From contig OZ024743.1 of the NCBI GenBank assembly GCA_964016885.1, forward strand, positions 331,700,001-331,764,000: a stretch of DNA of 64,000 nucleotides, given 5' to 3'. The notes under the pieces were generated by a model. The model did no database searches and was not told where the DNA came from. It saw only the letters and a program-made list of their open reading frames with translations. The DNA is from Eledone cirrhosa (lineage: Eukaryota). Positions 12,992 to 25,346 of this stretch are shown here, piece by piece. The position numbers and the translations under genes were made by a program. Numbering within the stretch: the first letter of the stretch is position 1; each line of letters opens with the position of its first letter.

Positions 12992-13296
12992 GAGGCACAT
13001 GGCTTAGTGGTTAGAGCATTGGCCTTGCAATCGAATGGTTGTGAGTTCAATTCTCAGACCGGGTGATGTGTTATTTCCTTGAGCAAGATACTTTATTTCA
13101 CATTGCTCCAGTTTACTCAATTGTAGAAATGAGATGATAGGGACTGGGGTCCCTATCATTCCACGGCAAAAAAGCACCCAGCACAAATGAGGTTGGTGTT
13201 AGGAAGGGCATCCAGCTGTAGAAATCAAGCCAGAATCAGTTCCCGTCCCACCCTTGCAAGCAGGGAAAACCGGATGTAAAATGAAATGATGAAATG

Positions 13297-13298
<2 letters not shown>
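12077..13298 (+). mobile_element. Three head-to-tail SINE A copies (12077-12417, 12463-12799, 12991-13298) separated by (TA)/(CA) microsatellites
   Basis: Each matches 8820-9164; the third has internal deletions. Confidence 0.92.
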
Positions 13299-13327
<29 letters not shown>

Positions 13328-13846
13328 TTTGTACCTATTGTGATTGACAATGCACTACCTACTAACCAAACAGTGCTACCAGATTTACACCAGAGAGAGT
13401 GTGTGAGTGAGTGTGTGTGTGTGTGTGTCTAATAATTTATACTACATAAATATTATCAGAAATGAAATTACAGCTATGACATAGAACAGAAAGACAAGAT
13501 TCAGGAGAAAGAGACACAAAGAGAAGAGACAGACAAGAAAATAACAGTTATAGAATATAATTGAGTAAAGAATGAGGAAATAACACAAAACATGAACTAC
13601 AAAACAAAGACAAAATGGAGTAGAAGTTTAAGACTAGAAAAATAGATGGTAGAAAACAGATGGTCATTGAGGAGGTCACAAAATGTGTGACAAAAACTAT
13701 CAATCAAGTGAAATTTATATGGTGTGTATGTTTCTTTCTATTGGCAATATTGGCAACATGACCATCCCTAAATATATGTGTAATAATACAGTTAGTTAAT
13801 CACCAACACTATTATATGCAGGATATAATAATAGTATACATATATA

Positions 13847-13932
<86 letters not shown>

Positions 13933-13985
13933 GTAATATATAAGGGAACAAAGAATCAATGTTGCATCATATACATATTTTATTT

Positions 13986-14074
13986 CATATTACATATGTT
14001 TCACTGTCGATCAGCTCGATGAACGATCTATTAATGATTAAAACTGAGTCTGGAATCGAAGCTCCTCAGATATG
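13986..14074 (-). ncRNA. Type I hammerhead ribozyme motif (copy 2)
   Basis: Minus RNA CAUAU-CUGAGGA-GCUUCGAU...AUCGACAGU-GAAAC-AUAU-GUA-AUAUG; 5-bp stem I, intact core, predicted cleavage between 13991 and 13990. Confidence 0.72.
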
Positions 14075-15538
14075 TGTTAACATGTAGACTCGTGTCTGAG
14101 AGTCTCAAACACGAGTCTACATGTTAACACATATCTGATACTCTACTCCCCAAAAGCATCAAGTGCTCATTCGGCAAACCACCTACGGATGCAATTAATT
14201 TGCATCTTTAATATGTGTGTGTGTGTGTGTGTGTGTGTAAAAGTTTAAGGCCAGGAAAAGGAGGAGGCACAAAACAGATAGTCATTGAGGTCAGAGAATG
14301 TGTGACAAAAGTACTGTCAAACAAATGAATAACGAACAATAAAAATGAAGTTAAAAATAAAGTGAAAATTATATGGTGTGTGTGTTTCTTTCTATTGGCA
14401 ATATTGACAACATAGCCATCCCCAAATATAACAATGAGGAAATAAATGTCCATATATTACCCCAGACAGTTAAACAGTGAGAAACAGGAACATTTTACAA
14501 GTAATTCTATGTCTACAACCAGCTCACTCACTCATATTTTTTATTACTGTTTTGTAATTTATTAGAGAAAGAACAACCAAAAACTTTTCCTTTAAACCTT
14601 TTGATATCAACCAAGCTGGAACAGTCTCTGGTTCTACAATACAAAAGGGTTTATATTTATCATAAACTATCCATCATATTCTTTGTTAAGCTATGTTGCA
14701 AACACCAGCTCAATAATGAAAAAGTTATATTACTAAATCCCTCCAAATTTGTTATTATTTTCAAGATAATTTAAAAGCCATAGGCAAGCTCTTTCATTAG
14801 AAATAGTATCTTTGATGAAAAAGTATCTTTATTAATAGTTCATTACCACTATCTATCTATATATCTATCTATATTAAATTCAATACTACAATGAAGACAT
14901 AACACAGAGAAACGCAAGAGTGCTTTACACCATGGATATCTTTACCAAACCATTACTATGTAATCACCCCACCAACGTCCTAACACCCGACCCCTAGATC
15001 TTCTTCCCCAATCCCCAAGTCCCCAATGCTGGGACACGTTGTCATAGTTTGAGACAAGACAGATCAGAGTGACCACATCTTGTTCATGTGTCCTATATTT
15101 GGCATGGGTTCTACACCTGGATGCCCTTCTTAATGCTAACCGCTCTATATATGCAGCCAGAGTGCTGACTTATTTTCAGTTTCATGTAGTACAGGACATT
15201 AAAGGTTGCTGCCCAGTCTTCTAATTTAGTTAGAAATAAATAGCTAAAATAGAATAGAGATTTATATCCTATTCTATCACCCATCTAACATAATTTGAGC
15301 TACATGGTCTGATGGTTAGGATGTTGTACTGACAATCATAATGACCAGATTTTGATTCACAAACCAAGTGACACATTGTGTTTTTGAGCATGACACTTCA
15401 ATTCACTTTCCTCCTGTTCACTCAAAAGAAAATGATGATGAACAGAAAATGATTACCAACAGCAGCTAGAGTCTAGTCCTGTAAAACGATATCTGGGGTC
15501 TTAAGGGGATGGGTGGGATGTATTCTCAGTTATTTTAA

Positions 15539-15770
15539 CCCTTTAGTCACTAGCCTGGTCAAACCGAGTTCTGGTTCTACGAAATAAAACCACCCATTTT
15601 AAAGGTTTCCAATTTAAATTAAAATCTCCCAATATAATTTTATATAAGAATTTTACATTAATTTACTGTCTTAGAAATGAAATAAATAATAATTTTTGTA
15701 AATCCCTCAAAATTATCAATTAATTAATTGAAATAGAGTGTATTTCATTAGAAATGTGGTCTTGAAAGGG
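15539..15770. mobile_element. piggyBac-type MITE (degenerate relative at ~14592-14830)
   Basis: TTAA-CCCTTT ... AAAGGG-TTAA termini. Confidence 0.7.
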
Positions 15771-15885
15771 TTAATGACATATTCTAGAATAAACTCCAGC
15801 TATCGTACACCATTTAGAGCATGAGAGAATCATTTTAGCCATTTAAAGACACACAAACCTGTTAACTTTATATTATATAGATCGA

Positions 15886-16188
15886 GGGCGGTGAATTGAC
15901 AGTATCAGTAGAAGGTCTGACACGATGCTTTGCAGCATAGAGTTACACCCCTTTATGATCTGAGTTCAAATCCCGTTAAGGTTAACTTTGCCTTTCATCC
16001 TTACAGGGTCGATAAAATTAAGTACCAGTAATGCACTGGGATAATTGCTGGCCTTGTGCCAAAAGTAGAAACAATTATATATATCGAGGTTAACTTTGCC
16101 TTTCATCCTTACAGGGTCGATAAAATAAAGTACCAGTAATACACTGGGGTATTTGCTGGCCTTGTGCCAAAAGTAGAAACAATTATAT
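15886..16188 (+). mobile_element. SINE family B with tandemly duplicated 3' half
   Basis: Full copy to ~16078, then a repeat of GAGGTTAACTTTGCC...GTAGAAACAATTA. Confidence 0.88.
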
Positions 16189-16361
16189 ATAAAGTTTATC
16201 CCAAGTTCAATCGGGGGTAACCACAGTAAGTAAACTACTCAATACATAGCAATACATATATATATGTTTTTGGTAATTCCGAAGAAAAAGCAAAAGAAAA
16301 AAGAGTGCTCTATCTATAGAACAGAGCTATTAAATTAGAAAGTGAACAACACAAAATATAA

Positions 16362-16435
16362 CTACTCCATTACCAAAGGTTTCAGTACCCTAGACAATAT
16401 TAATATATGTCTGGATCGTTCATCAGACAGAATAG
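16362..16435 (-). ncRNA. Type I hammerhead ribozyme motif (copy 3, different family) inside the 16334-16466 foldback
   Basis: Minus RNA CUAUUCUGU-CUGAUGA-A...CCAGACA-loop-UGUCUAG...U-GAAACC-UUU-GGUA-AUGGAGUAG; 9-bp stem I including G-U pairs. Confidence 0.62.
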
Positions 16436-16551
16436 AGTAACTATATATTGTTATTCACTTTCTAATCAAATATATATACATCTCATTATCATCACCGTTT
16501 AATGTCCATTTTTCCATGTTAGCATGGGTTGTATATCTATATACAACAGGT

Positions 16552-16785
16552 AATAATTGTTTCTACTTTAGGCACAAGGCCAGCAATTACCCAGTGCATT
16601 ACTGGTACTTTATTTTATCGACCCCGTAAGGATGTAAGGCAAAGTCAACCTCGGCGGTATTTGAACTCAGATCATAAAGGGACGTAACTATGCTGGAAAG
16701 CATGGCGTCCGACCCTCTACCGATACTGCCAATCCACCACCCTAGCATGGCGTCCGACCCTCTACCGATACTGCCAATCCACCGT
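16552..16785 (-). mobile_element. SINE family B with duplicated head segment
   Basis: Matches the family B consensus; 16744-16785 repeats the head. Confidence 0.88.
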
Positions 16786-16921
16786 AATAATGATATATAT
16801 AAAGTAAACAGATTTTTTATGTTTTTAAAATAGGCTAAAATAAATCTTCATGGATGTAATTGATTTAGTTTGAACACATGGTCTCAGGTCAAGTCATTTG
16901 ACAGACATGTACAACTCTGAA

Positions 16922-17098
<177 letters not shown>

Positions 17099-17250
17099 AG
17101 GCAGACACACATCTATATAAATATATATACACATATATACTTATATACATATATATATATATAGTAATAATAATAAATGTGAAGACTAAAATCCAAAGAG
17201 GGCTCAATAAGGATAAATATATATCAAATATATAAGAACCCTAGAGCAAA

Positions 17251-17374
17251 TATTTATTAAAATAATAGATTAAAGTTTAAGCAAAGAATCGCTGCTTTCA
17301 CCCTTCAGAAGATCCCGTTATGGGTGAAAGCAGCAATTCTTTGCTTTAACTTTAATCTGTTATTTTAATAAATA
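17251..17374. repeat. Inverted repeat with 53-bp arms and an 18-nt loop
   Basis: 17251-17303 is the near-perfect reverse complement of 17322-17374. Confidence 0.9.
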
Positions 17375-17382
17375 TAATTATA

Positions 17383-17717
17383 TCATCATCATCGTTTTAC
17401 GTCCGCTTTTCCCTGCTTGCAAGGTTGGGACGGGAACTGATTCTGGCTTGATTTCTACAGCTGGATGCCCTTCCTAACACCATAACACCAACCTCATTTA
17501 CAGTAAATGCTGGGTGCTTTTTTTCCGTGGCACCTACACGACCATTTTGGAATGATAGGGACCCCAGTCCTATCATCTCATTTCTACAGCTGAGTTAACT
17601 GGAGCAATGTGAAATAAAGTGTCTTGCTCAAAGAAACAACACATCACCCGGTCTGAGAATTGAACTCAACTTTTCGATTGCAAGGCCAATGCTCTAACCA
17701 CTAAGCCATGTGCCTCC
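17383..17717 (-). mobile_element. SINE family A
   Basis: Reverse complement of the 8820-9164 consensus. Confidence 0.9.
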
Positions 17718-17721
17718 ATAT

Positions 17722-19550
17722 ATCATCATCATCATCATCATCATCATCATTTAACGTCCATCTTCCGCGCTTGCATGGGTTTGGACGGGAGTTTTCCCAC
17801 TTGAGGCAAGAGTGGTTGTCTTGCTCGTATAGGACTGTCTGGCGGGTTTTCTACGGCTGGATGCCCTTCCTAACACCAACCACGTTTACAGTGTGGACTG
17901 GGAGGTTTTTACCGCGTTACCTACACGGCCACATTACAGCGTGGACTGTGTGTATTTTTGGCGTGACACCTACACGACCTCATTTGTTTCGGACTGGATG
18001 TTGTGGTACCAACATAACTTTACATTGAAAGGGGTGGTGTGGATGGGATGGAGGTAGTGGGACGGGGGTGTATTTTTGTTAGAGGTGCCTACTGACTGTA
18101 GTAGGTTTCACTTTGTACTTAGGTAAGGCGAGTCTTCTGTATTACTGTGTAACGCCAAAGATCTCGGTCCAGTGACATTGTCTTGGAGAGGTGTAAGTGT
18201 GTGAGGTCGGAATTTATCAGGTCGTCCCAGGTTTTTCTGGGTCTTCCTACTCCATGGCTACCTTCTATTTTTATTGCCCTGCACTTTTTTATACAGCTGT
18301 CGTCTTTCATGCGCATCACATGACCGTACCAACGTAGTCTTCTCTCAAGTAAACAACATCTGATCCCTCTTATTCCTAATTTCTCCCTTAGTTCGTTTGT
18401 GCTTTGCCGTTCACGTATATTACTATTACACCTCCAGCGGAGCATGCATGCTTCGTTCCTCTCCAGTTTGCGTATATCCTCTGCACACAATGCCCAGGTC
18501 TCACTGCCATGTAACATTGCTGTTAGTATGCAGGCATCATACAGCCTGCCTTTTATTTTTAGGGAAAACCCTTTAGCGGCTAATAGTGGTATAAGCTCTC
18601 TGAACTTTTTCCATCCAGTTCTGACTCTAGCTACTGTACTTTCAGAGCACCCTCCTCCACTGCTGATTTTGTCACCCAGGTAACAGAAGGTGTCCACTAT
18701 TTCTGTAGTACCATCTGTGCAATGGAATGAGCTAGTATTCTGTGGGCACTTGCTGCTACTTATTGCACCAGAGCACTGGCCACATATAAAATCTATATTC
18801 TTAGTTAGCTTACCTGTGATCCCACTACATCTTTTATATACCCATACTTTGCATTTGGGACATAAAATGGAGTTTCTGCCTACTCCTTTCCTACACACTG
18901 AGCATGGCCATTTCCCGGATGGGATCGGTGCCCTATTTTCTTTCCTACAAACTAGAACTTTAGTCTGAGACAGGTTAATTTTAAGGCCTTTTGATTCTAG
19001 GCCATGCTTCCATGTTTGGAATTTCTTCTCTAGTTCGGCCATTGATTCAGCTATGAGCGTTAGATCATCTGCGTATAGGAGTTCCAATGGGCAGCTGGTC
19101 TTGAACTCTTCTGTTTTAGCCTGAAGGGCAATAATAAATAGTAGGGGGCTAAGAACGGAGCCCTGATGAACACCAACTTTTATGGTAAACTCTATATTCG
19201 TTGTTAATTCTAACCTTGCTGACTGTTTCTTTATACATGGCTTGTATAGCTCTCACAAGCCATTCATCAACACCTAGTTTTCTAAGAGCCCACCAGATAA
19301 TGGAATGGGGGACTCTGTCAAAGGCTTTCTCCAAGTCGACAAAAGCTAAGTATAGGGGTTTACTTTTAGCTAGCTACTTCTCCTGTAGTTGTCGTACAAT
19401 GAAAAGAGCGTCTGTGGTGCTTTTACCTGACACAAACCCGAACTGCATTTCATCTAGATCAATTCGCTCTCTGATTAGTTGCGCTATTACTTTTTCTGTG
19501 ACCTTCATGACCTGGTCAATTAATTTAATGCCTCTATAGTTACCTCTATC
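17722..19550 (-). mobile_element. 5'-truncated, frameshifted RTE-clade LINE (RT, PHD-like Cys insert, C-terminus, 3' UTR, (GAT)n tail)
   Basis: ORF fragments GNYRGIKL...QFGF, DLEKAFDRVP, ELLYADDL, WPCSVCRKGVGRNSILCPKCKVW, ERRLRWYGHVMRM...GRPRKTW. Confidence 0.95.
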
Positions 19551-19769
19551 TATATATATATATATATTATATATATATAAATACATATACACACACACAC
19601 ATATATATATATACATATATATACACACAAACATATATATATATATACACACGTAGAAACAGAGAAAGACACATATTTCAAGGGAAATAGTAAACTATGA
19701 GATAATTGACTATTGATGCATGTGTTGATTTGTTAAAGATATGTTCCTGATGTACAATTTGTGTAGTAC

Positions 19770-20280
19770 CATGTGTAGCACCACCACCACTGCCATCATC
19801 ACCACCACTATTACCACCATCATCACCACCACCATTGCCACCATCACCATTAGAACCACCACCACCAAACCACCATCACCACAACTGCCACCACCAAACA
19901 ACCATCACCACCTAACCACCACCATCATCATCACCACCATTACCACCATCACCATTAGAACCACCACCACCAAAACAACTGCAACCACCAAACCACCATC
20001 ACCACCACCACCTAACCACCACCATCACCACCACCACTGCCACCATCACCACTAGAACCACCATCACCACCACCACAACTGCCACCACCAAACCACCATC
20101 ACCACTACCACCACTAAACCACCATCACCACCACCACCATCACTGCCACCATCACCATCACCACCACCACTGCCACCATCACCACTAGAACCACCACCAC
20201 TGCCACCATCACCACCACCACCACTGCCACTGTCACCACCACCACTGCCACCATCACCATCACCAAACCACCACCACCAT
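19770..20280 (+). repeat. (CAC/CAT)n low-complexity tract
   Basis: Directly visible. Confidence 0.95.
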
Positions 20281-20468
20281 GTACATGGAGGTGCAATAGA
20301 CATAATTCAGTTCCTGACATCTTCAGGTTAAAGAATATAACTCAGCAAAGAAACAAAATTCCCAGTTTATCAAGTGTAAAAATATAATTTCTTACCAATT
20401 ATCAGAGCAAATGTTAAATGTTATAGAAAAAACTACTTGTTTATATCATTACTGTACATGTATGTGCG

Positions 20469-20573
<105 letters not shown>

Positions 20574-21359
20574 GTATATATATATGTATATATATGTGTA
20601 TATGTATATATAAATATATATATATGTGTATATGTATATATAAATATATATATATATATATGTATATATAAATATATATATATGTATATATATGTATATA
20701 TAAATATATATATATATGCATATATAAATATATATATATACATACATAGATATGCATCTATACACACACACACACATGATATATATATATATATATATAT
20801 ATATATCATGTATATGTACACACACACACAGAGCAAGATATATGTCACTTCTTTACCTTACTATTCTCCTCCATACCAAGACAGTCTCTTCCTTCACACA
20901 CTACATCTGATTCTGCTTATAAACAATTTTTCTCTGAATTCATTTCTCCTTTCATGTTTATCTACATTAACAACCAATGCAGCATGCTCACCTCATATTG
21001 ACACTGTGTTCCCACACATCCAATGGAGCACCATCACTTCCACTTTATAGAGTGTACTGAGTGTATTTTATAGCCCCATCATTTCCACTTTACAGAGTGT
21101 ACTGGATGTATTTTATAGCCCCAGTGCTACCACTTTACAGAGTGTACTGGGTGTATTTTATAGCCACAGTGCTACCACTTTACAGTGACAAGTTACAGGT
21201 ACAACTCTATTTTGCCAGCTGTATTGACTCCAGCAAGATGAAATAATATGTTTTACTCAAGGACACAACATGCTGCCAGGAATTGAACTAATGACTTTAG
21301 AGCTATCAGCCAAACACCCTAACTACTAAGCTATGTGCCTTCACAAGTCAAGTAACAGA

Positions 21360-21770
21360 AGCAGCTTAATAACCTAACATGGTATCTCAAGTACTTGAGA
21401 GGACACTAGAAGGTACATACACTAAAATGTTTAGAGTTGTACAAAACATAAACTGGTATCAATGTATTACAAATGAAAGTTTATATGGAAACTTGCCCAA
21501 GATAACAACTACAATTGCTCAAAGACAGTTATGATTTAGAGGACATTACTGGAGGAGTTAACAGGAAGTTATACACAAGTTACTGTTGTGGGAACCAACT
21601 TATGGGAGATGCAGAAGAAGACCTGCTCAAACCTTCATCAATCAATTCTCAGACAATACAAACCTCGGTAGGAAGCTGTTGCCAAGAACAATAGAAAATC
21701 GTGAATTGTGGAGAGACTTTGTCAGGAATGTTTGACTGTGGTCACAATGGTGATGATGATGATGATGAAA
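21360..21770 (+). mobile_element. Degenerate RTE/RTEX-like LINE 3' fragment with (GAT)n tail
   Basis: Translates as LEGTYTKMFRVVQNINW...LYGNLPKIT...GHYWR...LLLWEP...NRELWR with stops. Confidence 0.7.
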
Positions 21771-22022
21771 TCTCTCATCTTATTACCATATTGGCAGAAT
21801 TATTTCACAAAATATCTTGTGATATTTCGTTACAATCTTTTATGTTCTAAGTTCAAATCCTGTTGAAGTCAATAACATAAAATACCAGTCATGTATTGGG
21901 GTCAATTTCATCAAATGTGCCCTGCCTCCCAAAGTCTTCTATGAGTCTGCTGGTGGTGTACATGGCAGCGATAGTGGTAGTACTAGTAGTGGTACTACTA
22001 GTAGTAGTATTACTACTACTAC

Positions 22023-22073
<51 letters not shown>

Positions 22074-22472
22074 CAGCAGCAGCAGTAGTAGATGAAGGAG
22101 ACTCAGGTGAGAGGAGTCATTGCACTTTACCAGAACATACAGGTAAATAGTGAAATAATTAGTGAGACAATGGTAATGGAGGGAGAGAGAGGGAACTGGT
22201 GATGTAGAGGGAGATAGTGAGACAGTGAAAATGGAGGGAGAGAGAGAGGTGGTGAAGTAGAGGGCGCTAGTGAGATCAGAGGTGATTTAGTCTTAACTAT
22301 GGTATATTGATGAACATATATAGACAGCAATAGTAGAATAGAATTTGGAAGAAATATACAGGAGGAAGTACCAGTGCCAGGAAACTGTATGTTCTGTAGA
22401 TTTTAAGGTCAAATAGACAAATTAGTGTATATTGCATCACATGTGTAGGTGGGTGTTTATTTTATATATATA

Positions 22473-22522
<50 letters not shown>

Positions 22523-22615
22523 CATATATAGATACACATGCATACAGTAGTATATATATATATATATATATATATACATACATACATACACATGTGTACA
22601 TACATATACATACAC

Positions 22616-22689
<74 letters not shown>

Positions 22690-22725
22690 TCATACATAGA
22701 CATGTGTACATACATATACATACAC

Positions 22726-22782
<57 letters not shown>

Positions 22783-23312
22783 CATACATACACATGTGTA
22801 CACACATACATACACATGTATATATATATATACACATATATATATATACACACACACATATATATCAAGCATTTGTTGTTGACTTTCATTTGTTTAAATA
22901 CCCACATTTCTTTTTTTTTTTGGGGGGGGGGAGCTTTTATTTTTATTCTATTTATTTTTTATTATAATTTTTCTTTTTTTTTTGGGGGGGGGGCTGTCAT
23001 GTTACTGATTTTGGTTGTTTATTTAACAATTTATTTAGTCATAAGATGTTGGCCTTTGTTAGAAGGTTCTTTGTGAATACCAGGAAGGTGAACCAAGTGT
23101 AGAGACCATGCAATAAAAGACTGCTACTGCTGCTGCTGCCGCTGCTTATGTTTGTTTTGGTTATTTTATAAGCTGCAACTTCAAATGCCATGTGACTGGA
23201 CCTCGAAACTTATTGTCCAGTTACTTTGACTTTCATAAAGATAAATATTTTTAAACATAGTAAATGATGATGATGATGATTAAACATTTCTCCCACTCAT
23301 GTGTGTGTACAT

Positions 23313-23345
<33 letters not shown>

Positions 23346-23482
23346 CACACACATATATATATACATACATATATATATATACATATACACATATATATAT
23401 ATATATGTTTGTGTATATATATATATATAGATATATGTTTGTATATATATATATATATATATATATTTGTATGTATATATAT

Positions 23483-25015
23483 ATCATCATCATCATCATC
23501 ATCATCAACGTTTAACGTCCGTGTTCCACGCTTGCATGGGTTTGGACGGGGGTAGTCCCACTTGAAGCAAGAGTGATTGTCTTGCTCGCATAGGACTGTC
23601 TGGCAGGTTTTCTACAGTTGGATGCCCTTCCTAACACCAACCACATTTACAGTGTGGGTCTGGGACGTTTTTACCGTGTTGCCTACACGGCCACATTACA
23701 GCGTGGACTGTGTGTTTTTTTTTCGTGACACCTACACGATCTCATTTGTTTCGGCCTGGATGGCGCGGCACCAACATAACTTTACATAGAACGGGGTGGT
23801 GTGGATGGAGTGGGGGTGGTGGTGGTGGGACGGGGTGTATTTGGTTAGAGATGCCTACTGGCTGGAGTAGGTTTTACTATATATTTAGGTAAGGCGGGTC
23901 TTCTCTGTTACTGAGTACCGCCAAAGGTCTCGGTCCAGTGACATTGTCTTGGAGAGGTGTAAGTGTGTGATGTCGGAGTTTATCAGCTCGTCCCAGGTTT
24001 TTCTAGGTCTGCCTATTCCGTGACTACCGTCTATCTTTATTGCCCTGCACTTTGTTATACAGCTATCGACTTTCATGCGCATCACGTGTCCATACCAACG
24101 TAGCCTTCTCTCGAGTAAACAACATCTGATCCCTCTTATCTCTAATTTTTTCCTTAGTTCGTTTATGCTTTGCCGTTCACGTATATTACTGTTACACATC
24201 CAGCGGAGCATGCAAGCTTCGTTCCTCTCTAGTCTGCGTATATCCTCTGCACACAATGCCCAGGTCTCACTGCCATGCAGCATTGCTGTTCGTATGCAGG
24301 CATCGTACAACCTGCCTTTCATTTTTAGGGAGAACCCTTTAGCAGCTAATAGTGGTATAAGCTCTCTGAACTTTTTCCAACCAGTTCTGACTCTAGCTAC
24401 AGTACTTTCAGAGCACCCTCCCCCACTGCTGATTTTATCGCCCAGGTAACGGAAGCTGTCCACTATTTCTATAGAACCCTCTGCGCAATTGAAAGAGCTA
24501 GTATTTTGTGGGCACTTGCTGCTACTTATTGCACCAGAACACCGGCCACATGTAAAATCTATGTTCTTAGTTAGCTTACCTGTGATCCCACTACATCTTT
24601 TATGCACCCATACTTTGCATTTAGGACATAAAATGGAGTTTCTACCTACGCCTTTCCTACACACCGAGCACGACCATTTCCCAGAAGGGATCGCCGCCTT
24701 GTTTTCTTTCCTACAAACTAGAACTTTGGTCTTAGCCAGGTTAATTTTAAGTCCTTTTGACTCTAGGCCGTGCTTCCATGTTTGGAATTTCTTCTCTAGC
24801 TCGGCCATTGATTCCGCTATGAGTGTCAGGTCGTCTGCGTATAGGAGTTCCCATGGGCAGCCTGTCTTGAACTCCTCTGTTATAGCCTGAAGGGCAATAA
24901 TAAATAGTAGGGGGCTGAGAACAGAGCCCTGATGGACGCCAACTTTTACGCTAAACTCTTCACTATATTCGTTGTTAATTCTAACCTTGCTGACTGTTTT
25001 TTATACATGGCTTGT
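23483..25015 (-). mobile_element. 5'-truncated RTE LINE, same family as 17722-19550
   Basis: ORF 23885-24808 plus upstream GVHQGSVLSP and YADD; 3' UTR and (GAT)n tail. Confidence 0.95.
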
Positions 25016-25308
25016 TATGTTGGTGCCACAACATCCAGGCCGAAACAAATGAGATCGTGTAGGTGTCACGACAAAAAAACACACAGTCCACGCTGTAATG
25101 TGGCCGTGTAGGCAACACGGTAAAAACCTCCCAGACCCACACTGTAAATGTGGTTGGTGTTAGGAAGGGCATCCAACTGTAGAAAACCTGCCAGACAGTC
25201 CTATGCGAGCAAGACAATCACTCTTGCCTCAAGTGGGACTACCCCCGTCCAAACCCATGCAAGCATGGAACACGGACGTTAAACGTTGATGATGATGATG
25301 ATGATGAT
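25014..25308 (+). mobile_element. RTE 3' UTR fragment joined head-to-head to the preceding copy
   Basis: Near-identical reverse complement of 23483-23780. Confidence 0.9.
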
Positions 25309-25346
25309 ATGTAAGAATATTTTCAAAACAGCGAGTTGATTTGAAA

